DNA of 34,910 bases. It comes from a virus. Taxonomy: Duplodnaviria > Caudoviricetes. Shown here piece by piece: positions 33,135 to 34,910 of this stretch. The stretch covers positions 1-34,910 of the IMG/VR virus record IMGVR_UViG_3300025530_000031, one strand, 5' to 3'. Every line of letters begins with the position of its first letter. The first letter of the stretch is position 1. A program made the translations under genes and the position numbers. The notes beneath the pieces were generated by a model. It was not told the origin of the DNA, made no database searches, and was given only the letters and a program-made list of their open reading frames with translations.

Positions 33135-33396
33135 AATCTTCAACAACCCTTATTTTTAAGTTGTCATATTTCCCGGGGATGACTTCCCCGTCGGTAAGAA
33201 ACACCTTGCTACCTGACGGAGAAATAAGGTACATCCCGTCATACCTTCCCCGATAGTAACAATGTTTGGAACTCCAACCTTCTGTTAAAATTTTATTGAT
33301 TTTGTATAATTCGTCGAAAGCGTAGTCCCGCTTCCAAACATCCTCAACATCCAATAAGCATTCTTCCCGGTCGTTTAGTATCACTTTAATTTTCAT
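33133..33396 (-). CDS. Hypothetical 87-aa protein
   Basis: AGGAGG RBS; TAATG coupling to the upstream HTH gene. Confidence 0.75.
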   Translation of the reverse strand: MKIKVILNDREECLLDVEDVWKRDYAFDELYKINKILTEGWSSKHCYYRGRYDGMYLISPSGSKVFLTDGEVIPGKYDNLKIRVVED

Positions 33397-33917
33397 TATT
33401 CGTTTTCCTCCTTTGTTTTTGGCTCTCCATATACTTCTCTCATGGCTTGTTCTGACACCAACCACACCTTCCCGGACTGTCGGACTAGTCCAGTCCCGAG
33501 GTACTTTTTCAATTTACCACGGTTGATTGACTGCCTAACTTCACCGTCAGGAAGTCCCCATTTTTCGTTTGCTTCGCTTGCGGTTATCATATTGCCTTTT
33601 AGGCTTGAGGCATATAGCGACCCAAGCACGTAAAATGTTGAATGCTTTATGCTGTATTCCTCATCGCCTATCAAATTTTTGTCAATGTACTGTATGATTT
33701 CGTCATAAATGTCAATATGTCTTTTTTCAAGTGTTGACTTCATTTCTTTCAACAGGTTGTCATAGTCCCCGTAAATGACGCTCTCCTTGCCTCCGAACAG
33801 TTCAACTTTACGTGGGTTAATGATCCCCGTATCTACTAAACTCTGCCATAAAAACCCTAGGTAAAACACCGCTTTTTCACTGTTTGTTTTAATTTGCTTA
33901 TATGGTATTTCAAGCAT
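33396..33917 (-). CDS. Protein with C-terminal helix-turn-helix (HTH_59-like)
   Basis: ITASEANEKWGL...VRQSI...RQSGKVWLVSEQAMREVYG; AGGAGG RBS. Confidence 0.8.
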   Translation of the reverse strand: MLEIPYKQIKTNSEKAVFYLGFLWQSLVDTGIINPRKVELFGGKESVIYGDYDNLLKEMKSTLEKRHIDIYDEIIQYIDKNLIGDEEYSIKHSTFYVLGSLYASSLKGNMITASEANEKWGLPDGEVRQSINRGKLKKYLGTGLVRQSGKVWLVSEQAMREVYGEPKTKEENE

Positions 33918-33937
33918 TTGTTTTTCCTCCTTTATTA

Positions 33938-33995
33938 TACACGTTTTAGTGTAAACTTTATATCTTTATTATACACGTTATAGTGTAGGAGTCAA
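33938..33995 (-). promoter_or_regulatory. Sigma-A promoter with two TACAC-N6-GTGTA operators
   Basis: TTGACT-16-TATAAT (33995-33968); operators at 33938-33953 and 33972-33987. Confidence 0.8.
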
Positions 33996-34012
33996 TAGGT
34001 TTTTTAAAAGAA

Positions 34013-34429
34013 TTATTTCAATTCTGTAATGATACTCACTTTGTTTCCGTATCGGGTGATTCCTTTTTCCTTTGCTAACCAATCCGGAATGGTAATTTTT
34101 GCTCCTTCCATTTTTACTTGGCTTTTGGGAAGCCAGTATGAATATTTTCCTGATTGTTCATTTTCAACCTCACCATCGTAAATTTCATAGGTTGTAAATT
34201 CAACAACAATTTCAATTGCTTTTTCGGTTTCTTTTCTGATTTCAACGGATGTGCTGGTTTTTACTTCTTCCTCGTCCTCTTTGAAATTGATAATTTCTTG
34301 TTGACCAATTAATAGTTCAAGATGTCTCTCAGTTGAAATGCCTTGATAATTATATCCGAGTTCATCTAATTCATTCCAAAAGTTTTGATCGTCGCTCCAG
34401 CCTTTAATCTTCATTCCGATTTGTAACAT
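34013..34429 (-). CDS. Hypothetical protein
   Basis: GAAAGGGG RBS; ETEKAI...WLPKSQ...IPDWLA C-terminal pattern. Confidence 0.75.
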   Translation of the reverse strand: MLQIGMKIKGWSDDQNFWNELDELGYNYQGISTERHLELLIGQQEIINFKEDEEEVKTSTSVEIRKETEKAIEIVVEFTTYEIYDGEVENEQSGKYSYWLPKSQVKMEGAKITIPDWLAKEKGITRYGNKVSIITELK

Positions 34430-34451
34430 TTTCATTTCCCCTTTCAATTTT

Positions 34452-34508
34452 TACACGTTTGCGTGTTCCCTTATAATTTTATTATACACGTTTTCGTGTA
34501 ATAGTCAA
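34452..34508 (-). promoter_or_regulatory. Second sigma-A promoter with two TACAC-N6-GTGT operators
   Basis: TTGACT-16-TATAAT (34508-34481); operators at 34452-34467 and 34485-34500. Confidence 0.8.
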
Positions 34509-34539
34509 CACTTTTTATATATTTTTTAATTTATTTTGG

Positions 34540-34567
34540 AAAGGATTTTCCCCAAGCCCGTCGAAAA
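34540..34567 (+). promoter_or_regulatory. Sigma-H-like promoter
   Basis: AAAGGATTT...GTCGAAAA (AGGA-17-GAAA). Confidence 0.45.
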
Positions 34568-34592
34568 TTTATAAATGAAAGGAGTGGATACC

Positions 34593-34799
34593 ATGCTACC
34601 TGTCGAAAGAGAATTGTTCAGGCGAAAAGGAAAAGTTATCGAACTCTACAAAATGGACGACGGCACATACAAGGCATTTGCTACTGAACACTTTGACACA
34701 GATGACGAGATCGTCGGGGTAGGGGAGAGCGACGACAGAGAAAGTGCTATAAAACTCGCCTTACAGGACTTATATATCGAAACAAAAAACACCCGGTGA
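34593..34799 (+). CDS. Hypothetical 68-aa protein
   Basis: AAAGGAG RBS; own terminator. Confidence 0.7.
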   Translation: MLPVERELFRRKGKVIELYKMDDGTYKAFATEHFDTDDEIVGVGESDDRESAIKLALQDLYIETKNTR

Positions 34800-34815
34800 G
34801 GGGTGTTATTTTTTT
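34788..34815 (+). terminator. Intrinsic terminator
   Basis: AACACCC-GGTGAG-GGGTGTT followed by ATTTTTTT. Confidence 0.75.
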
Positions 34816-34910
34816 ATGAATAGATCCGTAATATCATTACTATTGTACAGCACTTTTTCGACATATTTTTTAAAATACCTTTAATTAAACAAAAAAGTTA
34901 ATTCCACAAG

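Larger units (their letters stand above)
1..34910. mobile_element. Temperate siphovirus prophage (nearly complete; integrase truncated by the left window edge, att sites not located)
   Basis: Canonical module order: lysogeny, replication, packaging, head, tail, lysis; tape measure gene present, no sheath gene. Confidence 0.97.

Noticed and set aside
34816-34910. attR core
   Set aside because: attL lies beyond the truncated integrase, so no direct-repeat partner can be checked here

Overview
A nearly complete temperate siphovirus prophage of a low-GC Bacillota host (Bacillaceae-like signals), with SPP1/PBSX-type packaging. From left to right: the 5' tip of a probable integrase; leftward lysogeny cargo (membrane-anchored thermonuclease-Excalibur protein, DUF4236 protein, small membrane protein); an ImmA/ImmR-type immunity switch with five palindromic operators; an early operon (Cro, BRO/ANT antirepressor, excisionase, Gam-like protein, putative SSAP, initiator with ori iterons, G39P-like loader, DnaB-family helicase, YopX, DUF1064, DUF3954, late activator); packaging, head and tail genes; a beta-helix tailspike; an AT-rich Wzy-like polymerase moron; holin and amidase endolysin; and a right-end accessory region. 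The most unusual items are: (1) a ~340-nt non-coding RNA cluster in the early operon ending in a CCA-terminated tRNA-Leu-like element whose anticodon region is replaced by a ~70-nt insert; (2) three tiny promoter-to-terminator antisense RNA units in the early operon; (3) a tailspike plus Wzy-like pair suggesting receptor conversion in a Gram-positive phage; (4) a self-regulated HTH module after the lysin. Neither att site could be identified. All family assignments come from motif recognition by eye, not database searches.
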